Shown here in pieces: positions 36,783 through 49,900 of a stretch of 64,000 nucleotides of DNA. Both the position numbers and the translations under genes were made by a program. The stretch is from Octopus vulgaris. Taxonomy: Eukaryota. Every line of letters starts with the position of its first letter. Within the stretch, counting starts at the first letter, position 1. The notes under the pieces were generated by a model. That model ran no database searches, was not told the DNA's origin, and saw only the letters and a program-made list of their open reading frames with translations. The DNA lies in NCBI GenBank assembly GCA_951406725.2, contig OX597814.1:182528001-182592000 (forward strand). The letters run 5' to 3'.

Positions 36783-38974
36783 AGCACTGTATATATTAAA
36801 AATTACATGTCATTTAATATTCATTAGAAATTACTAAAACACTACCAAGTCAGTTATAAATAATGATGATGATGGTGTGAGTGAGAGTTTATAACAAGGT
36901 GTGTATTCCATACAGAAGTAGGGTGTAATTATTTATTAATGTGCTGAAATTACTCTCTATTTTATTCTTACATTTTTAGAGTTTTATAAGTGTTGTCCTT
37001 CATGCTACTGATTTTCGAAGAGCAAAACATTATTTACAACAAAGATATGTGTGAGTAGGCACCCATATGGACTCCATCCCATTTCACAGCCTGCAACTAC
37101 TGAAATCTCACCAATAACCCACTAGAAGAATCACATCTCTCTAAGACTATGGTCTATAAAACTATCTTCATACTGATGGCATCACTAGATACTTCACAAG
37201 CATAACAGCTAGCGATTTCAAGGGAAGATTTATGCAACATATGCATGCTGTCAGCGGTAGGAACAAGGAAAAGTGAAAAAAAGTCATTCCTATAGAAGTG
37301 TACCCACTGACTTTGTTGCTTCATAACTTCCAGGAAAATGGATGCTTTTTAATTTAATGGATGCTGTAGATTCAGAATATATAGGGATTAATCCTAGCAA
37401 TGACCCTTTTCAGGCTTTTCAATATTTTAAAATTATAAATAGAATGGGGAGTAGGGTTGAAAAAAATCATAAATTTCCAAAATTTTTCTTATAGTATAAA
37501 TGTGTTAATGGGGAGAAAAACCTCATGATAAAGAAATGAAGAGGGTGTTTTAAGGATATGCTAGAAACAACAGCCTAGTCTCTCTTAGATCACACACTTT
37601 TTCCTCTGAAAATATTTACAAATATATATTTTTTTTTATATCGTAAAGGCTGTTCCCATTTTTTTAAAAGTGCACAGGGCCAAAAACTTGACCAAAATTG
37701 GTTTGGAGTCGGAGACTGAGATGGATAAGGTGAAAAAAATATCATAAAATTTCAAAACTATTTTTTTCATAAAAAGAACCCCCCCCACACACACACACAC
37801 ATCATCATTTCAAAAGCCGTGATGAAAAAAAAATGGGGAAAATCCCCGTCAAAATGGAGAAATTCCAACTTATGTGGGCTTCTTGATCCAAAAATCTTCA
37901 TCCAATCCCCTCACAAAAAAAAATTCATAATAAATTCATTTATAATTGTAATCTATGCTGTTTGAAAGGTATTTGTATAAAATTTCATTAAAAGATACCC
38001 ATTTTCCTGAAAATTGAGGGGAAAATGTCGGGCCGTGTGAATCTTTCGAAACTCCTCTCCCCCCACACCCTCGGAAAAATTCTTTCCAAACAGATCACTA
38101 TAGATTCTAAATCTACAGCATCTAAATAGTATTTGTTGAAGGCTTCGGTAAAAAGTATCCATTTTCCTGGATGTTATGAGGCAACAAAGTCGGGGGCGGG
38201 GAACACATTTGCAGGAATGCAAAAAAAAAAAAAAAAAAGATGGGGGGAGAATCCAACATATTCGAGCGTCCTTATCCGAAACGGGGATAATACATAATCG
38301 CACCTCTTCTTGAAAAAGGCATTTTTTGGAAAAACATTTTTCGGATTCCTACGTTTTAGATGTCAGAGATTATGAATATGCAAAAAAAAAATGAAAAAAA
38401 TGAATTTCACCCCTAAATTTTAAATTTTGATTATTGAAAAGGTTGTGAGATGCAATGGATATTTTAGAAAAGTAAATAAGTAAATGAGTAGAAATTTTAC
38501 CGGTGTGTTAAATTATAAGGCACTAAAAGAGAATGACTTTCCCCAGACACAACAGAATATGCTTCAACACACGAACTCACATAAAGAATCTTGCAAACCA
38601 AACATTAATATATTTAATGTTATAAAGTTTAAGAAGGGGCTCAACTTTCACCCCTCCCCTAATTTTAAATTTTGAACTTTTTCATCCATTTATTTATTTG
38701 TCTGTCTATCTATTTATCCCTATCCGTTTATTTATGAAATATATTGGCCAACTAAATGTGGCCGTCCTATAGAAGACGTTGTTGTTGCTTTTAGCCCCAG
38801 GAAGACATATCTATCTATCTATACACATACCTATATGCTTTCGCAATCTCCGACATCGTAGGAATCCTGCGAAACTGCATTAGCCACTCCGAAACTCCAC
38901 CCATGTATTTATATGCCAGATAAATGCTTGTATCGCTAACAATAGCAAGGTGTATGTATTCAATTCTCTTTGCT

Positions 38975-39059
38975 GGCGAAGGTAAAGAATACGCACACCC
39001 AGTGTTTAGGGATAGGGTTATGCCGAAAATGGGTGGTGTGCGTATTCTTTACTTTCGCC
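38975..39059. mobile_element. 85-bp mini-MITE with 25-bp terminal inverted repeats
   Basis: ggcgaaggtaaagaatacgcacacc / ggtgtgcgtattctttactttcgcc; spacer contains ttagggatagggtta. Confidence 0.65.
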
Positions 39060-40819
39060 GAATTCTGGTTTAAGCACCCCATATAAACTCTCTTACTGTA
39101 AATATACAGTTACGAAAATGCAGTATTAAACATGTTAAGCTACTATAACATATTAAGAATCTTGTGTTTGGTATTACAAAGAAAAAGCGCACAAAACGAT
39201 TCAGGGTCACGGCTCTCATAAAAATCTCATAATGGTGATGTTGGTGTTGGGAACTAAGACACTTTAACTATGTAATAACTAGTATCCTTAGTAAGACCTT
39301 TCTTCAAAAAACCGTGGATAGGGAAAGAAGGGCAGACCGGAAGATGGACGGACAACCTCAGTAAATGAACAAGTAAATCGAAAGGGACCAAGTTCTGGTA
39401 CACAGCAGTGACAAGTCATTATCTGCCGTAACTCTGAGCACCTTTTCAAACTCCACCTGTCTAACACTCGTGGACATATTTACAAAGTCAGAAAACAGCA
39501 CAGCTCCCATGACTTTCAGAAACATTTTTTCACGCTAAGAGTTGTTGAAGCATGGAACAAACTGCCGGCATCAGTTGTTAGTTGTCGGAGCACTGCATCC
39601 TTCAAAACTTCCATGCTTCCTGAGATTCGCCAACACTGCACCTAATTTTCTCCTCTCCATACACACGCAAGCATGTATCTGACTCATACACTGTTCACTT
39701 TCCAGTCATTTGTACATTACTGAATATGCTTTATACGCACTTTTGACAAGTTGTGGTGCACCTGAACACTGTATACAATAATTTCATTATTATTATTATC
39801 ACGACGGTGCACCGACAACAACATTACAAACTGAGGGCTCGAGCAAACAAAATTTATGGATAAATTAGAGAAGGGAAGCCTTCATCTACTTAAAAAGAAA
39901 ATATATATTATACGCAATACCAAGTAATAAAGATGCGAGCCTGAAAATGACACTATTTAATCGCGAGCATTATAGAGTTTAAGGTCGAAAATTATCGTAC
40001 TGAGAAAAACATTAACGTCACCACGTCCCAACTCTATTTCCCAAACAATCAGTTTTTAACACTTATATAAGCAAACAACGGTGACAAGCACAAACCAGGT
40101 GTTCATACCATATAACAAAACTTCCATTTCCTTTATATTTTTCCTAATGGAAGATGATTAAATAGGTGTCATAAGACTGAGAAAATAATATTAAAATATA
40201 TTAGCTGTTGCACATACCTGTCACTATTATTTTCTTCCATCTTCATCAATCGTCACAACGCGGGAGTTTTAATATAATCATGTCATTTAACAGTTTCCCA
40301 ACAAACTCATTAACGAGCGCTTTGTATATTCTTAATTTCTTTACTTTTCTTTTTCGTCTTATCAACGAGGAATTCTTGCCAATATATAAAATAGTAATTA
40401 ACTTATATCGAACAAAAAGTTTTAATTTACTGTAAACAATTTATAATTGTTGATGCTATGAAGAAAGATAAATACTGAACATCCTTCGAAGCGGTGTAAT
40501 TATTGTAAATTTCATTAAAAACTTACAAACTATTTTAAGACTTTTACTCAGTATATAATTATTCTGCGTTGATTGTTATATATAGTAAATAGTAGCTAAA
40601 GATTTTAATCCACTAAAAAAGCCCAAAACAAATCCATTAATATGTTTTTATAATTAATTATACCGAGTTCCTTACTGAGATAGTTCCGAGCTATTGGTAT
40701 ACGAATAAACTTGGATTGATAAACAAGGAAATTATTCTTTTTTTTTCGCTAAGATAAAAACTAAATTACATTCTAATAAAACTGTATTTTACATATTTAG
40801 TTTCAAAAGAGTTTCGTCT

Positions 40820-40960
40820 TGATCATGCTAACTGTGGTTCAGCTAATTTAAATTTGCGCGCGCGTGGTGTTTCTGCGAGCGTCAAAAGAGCATAGGACGC
40901 ACTTTTGCGTGTGAAAAATTTCTAATTGACCGAAATTTATGGGACCGCTCGAAATGATTA
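40820..40960. promoter_or_regulatory. Candidate PMS2 promoter patch (CpG-enriched, E2F-like site)
   Basis: Local CpG cluster with tttgcgcgcgcg between the two divergent genes. A possible minus-strand 5'UTR donor (gtaagt) lies at 40521-40526. Confidence 0.3.
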
Positions 40961-41417
40961 TTAATTACAATTTAGAAATGAGAGTATAAGTTGATAGCGA
41001 ATTGGATCTGAAGAGTCTTCTTTCTCGGGTTATCATCTATATATAATCATTCAGAGTTATATAATGTATACATAAAAAAAAAAAAAAAAAGAATCAATGA
41101 AAATAATTATTCAAATGAAAAACAATAGTTAGTTTTAAATTATTGAATGTAGTGAAGATTAATATTCATAAGAATTACGCGGTGAAAAAAACAACAACAT
41201 TAGCTCAATATTACTTTTAGACATTTCAGTAATCACGGGAGATAACACCAGATATGTTTTAGTGTTATTAGACCTCTTCAGTAATGTATAGATTTCACTA
41301 TAACTGCAGAAGTAGTGACGAGAGAACCACTAAGTAGGTGTAAAATATTGTGTACGAGTAGACATGAAAAATCAGCTAATTTAAATATTTACTTATTCCC
41401 ATCTTTATTTCGGCAAG

Positions 41418-41935
41418 TACAGGGGGCGTTCAATAAGTAATGCCCCTGACCCACTTCCCATAGCAGTAGAGCAACGAAACTTGGCACAGTTATTAGTCTT
41501 TTTCTACATAGGAACCACCCAGAGTTAACGCATTTCTCCTATCGTTTGATGCAGCTCTGGAGACCGTTTTTGTAGAAGACCCCAGCTTGGTCCTCCAACC
41601 ACGACGTGACTTCAGAAATCAAGGCTGCATCATCTGGGAAACGCTTTCCTTTCAAAAACAACTTCATGGCTGGGAAGAGGTGAAAATCAGAGGGTGCAAG
41701 GTCAGGAGAGTAGGGGTTATGGGGGAGGAGTTCATAGCCGCACGCCTGTGCTTCTGATCTGGCGACACGCGAGTTGTGGACCGGAGCGTTGTCCTGCAGG
41801 GGGAGGATGCCTTTGCTGATCTTGCCCCGCCTCTTGATTTTGATAGCTTCTCGTTAATTTCCTCAAAAGTGAAGCATAATAGGCTCCTGTAATTGTGGTA
41901 CCCTTTGCCAGGAAATCTGTCATCACTACTCCGTT
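41418..41935 (-). mobile_element. Mariner transposon 3' half (defective transposase plus one TIR)
   Basis: TTITGAYYASLLRKL...LQDNAPVH...PYSPDLAPSDFHLF..MK..LKGKRF; TIR ta-cagggggcgttcaataagtaatgc. Confidence 0.85.
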
Positions 41936-42301
41936 TTAGGGTTAGTGTTAGTGAAAAAAGGCAAAATTGAAGAAGTTGGGGGGAAAGGGGAGGGGAATTT
42001 CACAATGCTGATTTTTGGCAATTTTCCGGAACCTCCGTATCCGAAAACGGGGATTTTTGGCAAAAAAAAAAAATTTACAAAAATAAACAAATTTGGGAGA
42101 AAATGGTGGTGGTGGGGGGAGTCTTTCCAAGTGAAATAATTTAAAATACAGATAAGAGAGAAATAAGCGAAAAAATCTGTTAAAACGAAATCACTGTAAA
42201 TTGTTTTATTTAATGACAAATAGAGACAATATAGAAAAAATATTTTATTGTGAAAGCATTTGGATATTATTATTTAATACAGGCAATATAGGTAATTAAA
42301 A

Positions 42302-42712
42302 GATCTTTTCGGTTTGAACGGCAGTTTTTAACATAATTTCTAGGTAACTAAAAAATTTTAAACTTCGTATACTGGTAGAATGTGTTTATAAAACATCCTT
42401 TTCTCTTGGCTTTATTGAGAAAATTCTATAGTTTGTAAGATATTTGTTGTGTTTTTTTCCTTCAGTTTCTGCAATTTCAACCAATCAATGACGTCTATTG
42501 GAGGTGAAAACATTATGTGCCGTATGAATATGTCCCTCGTTTAAGAAACAGATTGGGTTTATTTACATTTGTGAAGAAAAAAAAGATACCCTTCCCCCCA
42601 CCTCTAACCCTAAAACAGATTGAAATGCAATAGATCGATACTAGGGTCATAATTATGGGTACAATTTCATATGACACCACTAGAAAAAACTGTCGTTCAA
42701 ACCGAAAAGATC
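42302..42712. mobile_element. ~410-bp MITE with ~28-bp TIRs
   Basis: gatcttttcggtttgaacggcagttttt / aaaaactgtcgttcaaaccgaaaagatc. A related partial copy lies at ~25471-25760. Confidence 0.75.
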
Positions 42713-43908
42713 CACCTTCTTTTCTACTGTTGTTCGACAACTGTTTACTGCAATGCCTATCCATTTTTTGTCAAAGAAGACATTCCACCTAAACTCATGT
42801 AAATCATTAACTTGAGAAACCGCCATATCGAATCAATTAATGTCCCCTTTATGGCATTCATCTATCAAAGCCCCTACCAGTTTTCAGTTTTTTTTTTTAG
42901 CCGTCAGTTTTGATTAATGTCAGTAGTTTTTTTTTTTTTTTTAAAGGCATGACCTTCACACAAGCACACTCCATTTATATTTCTACACTTGCGCTTTATG
43001 TAGACGCTTGATTCAACCCATTCTTCAAATATTCGTAATTACTGTGGGACTATCGAGCAGACCTAATCAAAGGTCCTCAAGTCGTGAACATCCCTTTTTT
43101 AAGGGTATTTATAAAATGTGTTCTTTTACAAGATAGTAGGGGGTAATTTGAGGAAGATAGGGCTGTTATTTCTAACAGGTCGAGCGGTCGCATAGAAGCC
43201 GGAGTTTATTTATCTATTTTTTAAAATTAAAAGTATGCAAGCCACATGCAGTTTTTAAATGGAAATTAAGAAGTAAATTTCCAGGTCGATTTCAGTCGTT
43301 TCCCGACTCCTAAACCCCTTCACGTAGTAAAAAAAAAAAGGTGGGAGGACTTATACAAAAGAAACTAAATATTTAAGTTGTCATTGCAAGTTCCCAAATA
43401 AACTATAATTTAAGATTTAGTAATTTCTTTTTGGAAAAGGGGATTCAAAGAAAACAATACGAAGTGGTAACCTTTTTAAAACAGTAATCGATATATTTCG
43501 AAATAATTCTCATATATTTGTGAACCAATATAAATCGGTTTTTAAGAATACGAAACCAATATTTATATAAAATAAATTTGGATAATTCCAATAAAGATAT
43601 TTAGAAATTCTTAGACAAATAGAATTTATATTAATTGATGAAGTTTGAGCTGCAAATAAGTTGAAGCTTTCAACGAAAACAGTTTCCTGAGTGATCTGTG
43701 ATATTGGAAATCGAACCTGACTGTTTTCAAATTTCCTTAGTTTCGAACATTGTCACATCTTATGAAAATGCCCAACGATTCATCAAAGAAAATTAATTTT
43801 ATTTTATCTCTTTAATTGGAAATGTAACTTAAAATGACATCATTATAAACTTCATTTGTTTTCATAATAAATATTGCACGGCTCTATATTACATATAATA
43901 TAAGTGCA

Positions 43909-43976
43909 ATGGCGGACATGCAATCCGCTCTCTTAGAGATTGAGACTTTAAATCAAGAACACCAAGCAAGCAAAAA
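43909..43976 (+). CDS. PRPF4B: PRP4 kinase-like coding exon 1
   Basis: ATGGCGGAC...: MADMQSALLEIETLNQEHQASK, then AA|gtaagc; phase matches the acceptor at 48183-48184. Confidence 0.7.
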
Positions 43977-46900
43977 GTAAGCAAATTCTATGTCTTTAAT
44001 TGGTTATATGAAATTGCTGGATAATTCTGTTCTATAAAAAGCACAGAGAAAAGTTTCAATTTATTGATTTTATTGCTCTTTTGACCCTGCGTGTGTTACT
44101 TGGGCGACAAGAGAGTTCGTGTTTTCTTTCTTATTTCCTTCACGAAATCAACTAAACGCTGGAGTGTTAATGTTATTTTAACTAATTACGGTGTATATTA
44201 TGTTTTACCCAATATTACAAGTGGTTATAAATGACTCCTCTTCTAAGACATTTGTTTTCCCGAAGGGTTCTTTTGTTAGATTATCAGATACCGTGGCTTT
44301 TAATCTGAGACAAAAATTCCAGTATGACTTTCTGCGTATTCTTGTTACAAAATGAACGAAAGGGAAAATGATTGAGTGTTTTCATTTGCTTAATGGCATC
44401 TATGTATTGATTCGAAATCTGTAGATCATTTGCACATAAAAATTAAGATTGAAATAAAAATAAATCCATAAATCTCCAATCATTGTCAATGACCGGTTAC
44501 TGTTTGTTTATATTCCCATATCGTTTTACGAAATGCTTCCTTGAATAAATACTGTTGTTAAAAGCCAGTGCTTCGAAATTATGAATACTATTTTGTTTCA
44601 TATTGAGAAGCATGTGTATTTTCTTAGAGACATTTTATTATATCTCGTGGCTTTAATTAACCCTTTGCTTTGTCGCCAACTAATAAAGTTTGCACGCAGT
44701 CTGTAGGTGTTGTTTATTTCTTAAGTTTCTGATTTCGGAAACTGGTGTAGATTTCAGACATTGAATATAACATCGTATTGTTGGAGGGTTGAATATAATC
44801 TGTGTATGTTCGATAGATTATTCAATTCCTGTTACGTTAATATCATTACACGACCCAACAGCATGCTGGCTAGTTGAATGTTGCTCCCTTCGTATTGACT
44901 ATATCTCATTAATCACACCCACGAATTAGCCCCTCTTTATCTCTCAAAGACTAATTAATCAACTGTCAGAATCTACTAATATTTTCGGCTATATCTAGAC
45001 AAAATAAGTTCCAATATCGAAAGGATGGTGAATTAGCAAAATCGTTAGATATACAGTATTTAATATAATCCTTTAACGTTCTGAGTTCAAATCTAACTGT
45101 GGTTTTACCTTTCATTTACTGGAGGTCGATAAACTAAAGAAATACAAGTCCAACATAGTCGACTATACCTATCCTTCATATCTATCTGAAATTAATATCC
45201 ATTGGGAGCTCAATATTTATTTCCTGTCACGTTTCTATCTATATTTACTCTCTATCAATCTAACCACTCTAAGTTGTTGCTTTTTTTTAATTTTTGGTTT
45301 GGTCTGGGGAAAGGGACTGTTCCCATTAAAGACATCAACGGGGTTGGTATTTTTCTTGAACAACTGCAAGTTGAAGTTGTAAGAAAAACATTTGCTAAGA
45401 GGGAATTCTACAGGGTGGCCCTGGCTTGGGTGACTGGGCATAGTGATGCAAATGGCTAGGTACATGTGACATGTGAGTCTGGGTAGGTCTGAATGAAGGT
45501 GGCATAGGCGGATAGATGCTTCTGAAATAACAGTATAATAGAAAGAGTGAAGAGAGGGTACATCTGTGGACTAGAGATGTATGTCTTCATGCTAATCAGC
45601 CAGGTGGTCCATTGTTTTGGTTGGGAGGAAGATCCTGTGCCCATGCTCTTTACTGGCCCTCCAAGACTGGTGAGATTTCTGCAGTTGATATTTCTCTTGA
45701 ATAGTTACTAGTTGATAGCTGCAGGAAGGGAATTAAGAGATCATCATCATTGTTCGACCGTGGTCGAGACAATGGAATTTACCATGCTGCGCCAGACTTC
45801 ACGGTCCATCATAGCATTACGGAGGTCCTGTTGCCGGATGCCTGTATCCCTGGAGATTACATCAGGGTAGGAGAGTGTGCGCCCTCTGGTATTGCGAGTA
45901 GATCGCTTCCAGAGGAGAAGAGTAGAAATTGCCTCGTTTTCAGCTCTACAACAATGTCCAGCAAACTGGACTCTCCTGCCTTTCACAAGAGATGACACAG
46001 GTGGTAGTTTCCCATATATTTGCATTTTGGTTGGATGACGCTTCCACGAGAGATTTAAAAGATAGTTTACAGTCTAGGGAGAGAAAATTCAGTGTAAGAG
46101 TTGGTCAAGGAGCAGTAACCACTATAGTAGCAGTAGAGAAGACAGCACATTTGTGAACTAGAGACTTTGGTGGGTTTGTGAGTAACATCATTTGAGTGGC
46201 TTTCTTTGGATGTGGTCTTAGCTGTTTGTGTATGGATCAGTAGCACTTGGTGAGCAATTTTGCATTTTGGATCTCACTTAGGTTTTAAAGACAATTAGTA
46301 GTTATGGAGGAGGACTAATGCATTTTCTGGTCTTCTGAAGAGAAAAGTCAGTATTTGTGATGTTGTTTTGAATATAATTGAAGATGTATGCTTTGCCAAG
46401 AGAGATCCTCAGTGATGATGAAGCCTAGTGTTTGTAGTAACTGTGAGTTCTAGTTGCATACTGTTCATGATGGGGAGCTTGGTATACTCTTTCTCTCTTT
46501 TACTCTTTTACTTGTTTCAGTCATGTGCCTGTGGCCATACTGGAGCACTGCCTTTAGTTGAACAAATCAACCCCAGGATTTATTCTTTGTAAGCTTAGTA
46601 CTTATTCTATCGGTCTCTTTTGCCGAACAGCTAAGTTACAACCAGCATTGGTTGTCAAGCGATTTTTGAGGGGACAAACACAGACACACACATATATATA
46701 TATACATATATATGACGGGCTTCTTTTGGTTTCCATGTACCAAATCCACTCACAAGGTTTTGGTCGGCCTGAGGCTATAGTAGAAGACACTTGCCTAAGG
46801 TGCCACGCAGTGAGACTGAACCCAGAACCATGTGGTTTGTTAGCAAGCTACTTACCACACAGCCACTCCTACGCTTAGAGTATGATAATGATTTTTTTTT

Positions 46901-49900
46901 TATGAACAGTAGTTTTGTCTTTGTGCTGTTGAAGATAAAATTGGCCTGCCTTCACTAGATATTTCCGTGGTTTCTGTTTATTGAGTAGGTGCATGTTTGG
47001 GTGTGAAGTGTTGTTGATTAACCCAAAGTCAATCAAACCTATGATTAAAAGCAATCCAGCTGTATCCATTTTGTATATCTAGGACTGCATATCTCAATTT
47101 TGCCAAGACTTTAGGGTATGATTTGAGGGAATTTGGTTATTATTTTCTAGCAGGTGAGTGACCATGTAGTGGCCCCCATATCTAGGTTGCATGTGGCTGA
47201 CGGATGTGAAGTTTTCGAGGAATGAAGGGTGGTGTCATCTGTGTAGGATTGGGCTTTGTTGGAGGTGACAACAAGATGTTTAAAAAGAAAAGTGTAGGGA
47301 GACAAAATGAACCCTGTGGTGCATGAGTTGATTGAGTGTAGTGGGGTTCAGAGAGAACTTCATTAGTGCATATTTCAGATGTGTGATCTAACAGACAACC
47401 ACTAATTCAAGCGACAGGAGACGGGACCGTTAGGTAGACATTTCCATCTCTGCCAGATTTGTTTGTCTGATACAGATACAGTTGAAAACTTTACTGATAT
47501 CAAGGGCAACAACAGTTTTCATTATATTTCTTAAAGAGTGAGATCCCACTAACAGTAATTAAGGTGGAAGAGAGAGAAATTCAAGGTGAGGGAGATGATT
47601 GTTATCAATGGCTATGTTTCATTGTCCTTGAATTGTTAGGAGTGAGTATGATAGGGCAATAAGTGGCAGTGATGTAATCTCCAGGGATACAGGCATCCAG
47701 CGACAGGACCTCCGTAATGCTATGATGGACCGTGAAGTCTGGCGTAGCATAGTAAATCCCATTGTCTCGACCATGGTTGAACAATGATGATGATGAGTAG
47801 CAGTGAGAAGAATTAGCTCTTCTTGGGAATAGGATACACTACAGATTGTTTACCAAAGATCTAAGCTATCTGTATATGTGATAGCAGTGCCATCCCAGAT
47901 GTTAGAGAAATATTTTATTGTGAGTAGCATTCGAACAAAAAATGTGTCTCAAGACTATAATTTCAATTTATTTCAGTTAGAATTTCAGTATGTATTTTTC
48001 CCCGTCTTTTTTTAAAGGTAATTTTATTAATTTTGCGACACAATTAGCTTCATCTTGCATATGTACACAGCTTGGGAACCACTTTGTCAATTTATTCTGC
48101 TGTGACTTTAGTTACTGTATATTATTTTTGCTTCTTTGTGTTTCTGGTTACTTTTAATTTTGTCATTTTTTTTCTCTGTTACAGGGGTGAAAGTTCATGC
48201 AGTGAAGATGGAATGGAGAAGGAGGTACATAGTCGAAGAGACAAGAAGAAACACAAGCACAAACATAAACATAAGCACAAACATAGCAACGATCGAAAAC
48301 GGCACAAACATAAGCGTAAAAAGCACAGGTCAGAGAAATACCAAGCTTCAAAGGATGACAGTGACCAGAAAGGGCGATTAGAAGACAATGACCTAGCTAA
48401 GCTGGAAGCAGCCCGAGATGCTATCCGTGCCCATTTAAATGGGGAGAAAAATGCACAGATAATGAATGCTATGGCACTTATAGCTCAGGGTTATGGGTCA
48501 GATTCTGAGGAAGAAGCTGAAGAAGGTGAGATTGAAAATCAGAAAGTGAAGCTATCTCCCGAGCAGTCTGATCCCCATTCAAAAGAAGATGACTACCATC
48601 CTCCCCATCATCATCATCATCATCACCACCATCACCACCACCATTCCCATAGTCATGGTAGTGAAAGTAATTCTCAAAAGACTGAATCTGTTTATAAAAA
48701 AAATGACAGTTCTTACTATAGAGAAGGCTCTTATTACAACAAAAATAATCAAGCAGAAGATTCGCATCAGAGGGAGAGAGAACCTTCTGATAATAGCAAC
48801 TATGCAAGAAACTATGATTATGAATATTACTCTCCTCCAATGCATGCATCCGCACATGAGTTAGATGTAACAACACAGCGAGAATGCGACACCAGAATTG
48901 TCATTGACCACAGTGAAGATAATGCTACTTATTTTGCAAACAGAAAGAGCACGGGGCAGACATCACAGTCATCATCTCATAAATCTAAAGGGGATAAATT
49001 AGCTTCTTCAGTAAGTACACCGATGCGGGAAGACTCGGTGGAGAGATACTTAGAACAGTTTTTACAGCAGAGTCGGAGATCAACAAGTCATTCTCCACAT
49101 ATGGCATTTCCGAAGTCGAAAGAGAAACAGTCATCTGAAAAAAACTCTGAAAGGGAATCTTTGCGCCATGAGAGGAGTAGTAAAAAGTATTCTGATGGAG
49201 ATCGAAATGTGGTCTGGATTGATTCAGAAACAAATAACTCTCATTATCGATCAGAACATGACCAACACAAGCATTCCTCTCCTCCAAGGTAAGTATTTTT
49301 ATTTATTTTTTTTATTAACTTTTTTTCTCATTCAAAAACATAACTTGAATATCTTTTGTTGTTCTCTACTTTAAAAATAATCTGAGTTTTCAGCTAACAG
49401 TTTTTTTCAAGCTAAAATACCGATTTTATGTACATCATCGTCACACCTACTTTTCCAGGCTTGCATGGATCAAACAGAACTTGTTGAGGCAGATTTTTCT
49501 ATGGCTGGGTACCCCTCCTGTTGCCAACCCTCACCTGTTTCCAAACTAAATAATATTGGGTTGTCCAGAAAGTTTGTGCCAATTTTTAAAGGAAAGAAAA
49601 AGGTCAATAAATACTTGCCATTACATTTTTAATCAACCAAATATGAAACATTTTATTGCTCAATGCATCTCCATCTTTCCTTTAACTTGAAAATACTCTC
49701 TTCCCAGAATTGAGGGGCTTCATGGCAAATAATTCATTAAGGTATCTTTTTACATCATCCAAGGAATTGAAATTTTTACCATTAAGACTATTCTGCAGAG
49801 ACCTGAATAAGTGGAAATCTGAAGGAGCAATATCTGGTGAATATGGAGGGTGATGTAACACATACCAGCCAAGCTGCAGCAATTTTTGTCTGGTTCCCAA

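Noticed and set aside
37600-38460. Homopolymer-rich region with a 116-aa ORF (similar texture at 41936-42300)
   Set aside because: Excess A/C/G runs suggest an unpolished long-read repeat; the ORFs have no recognisable motifs.
48136-49287. Overlapping alternative-frame and antisense ORFs over the large PRP4K exon
   Set aside because: Shadow ORFs of a low-complexity coding exon.
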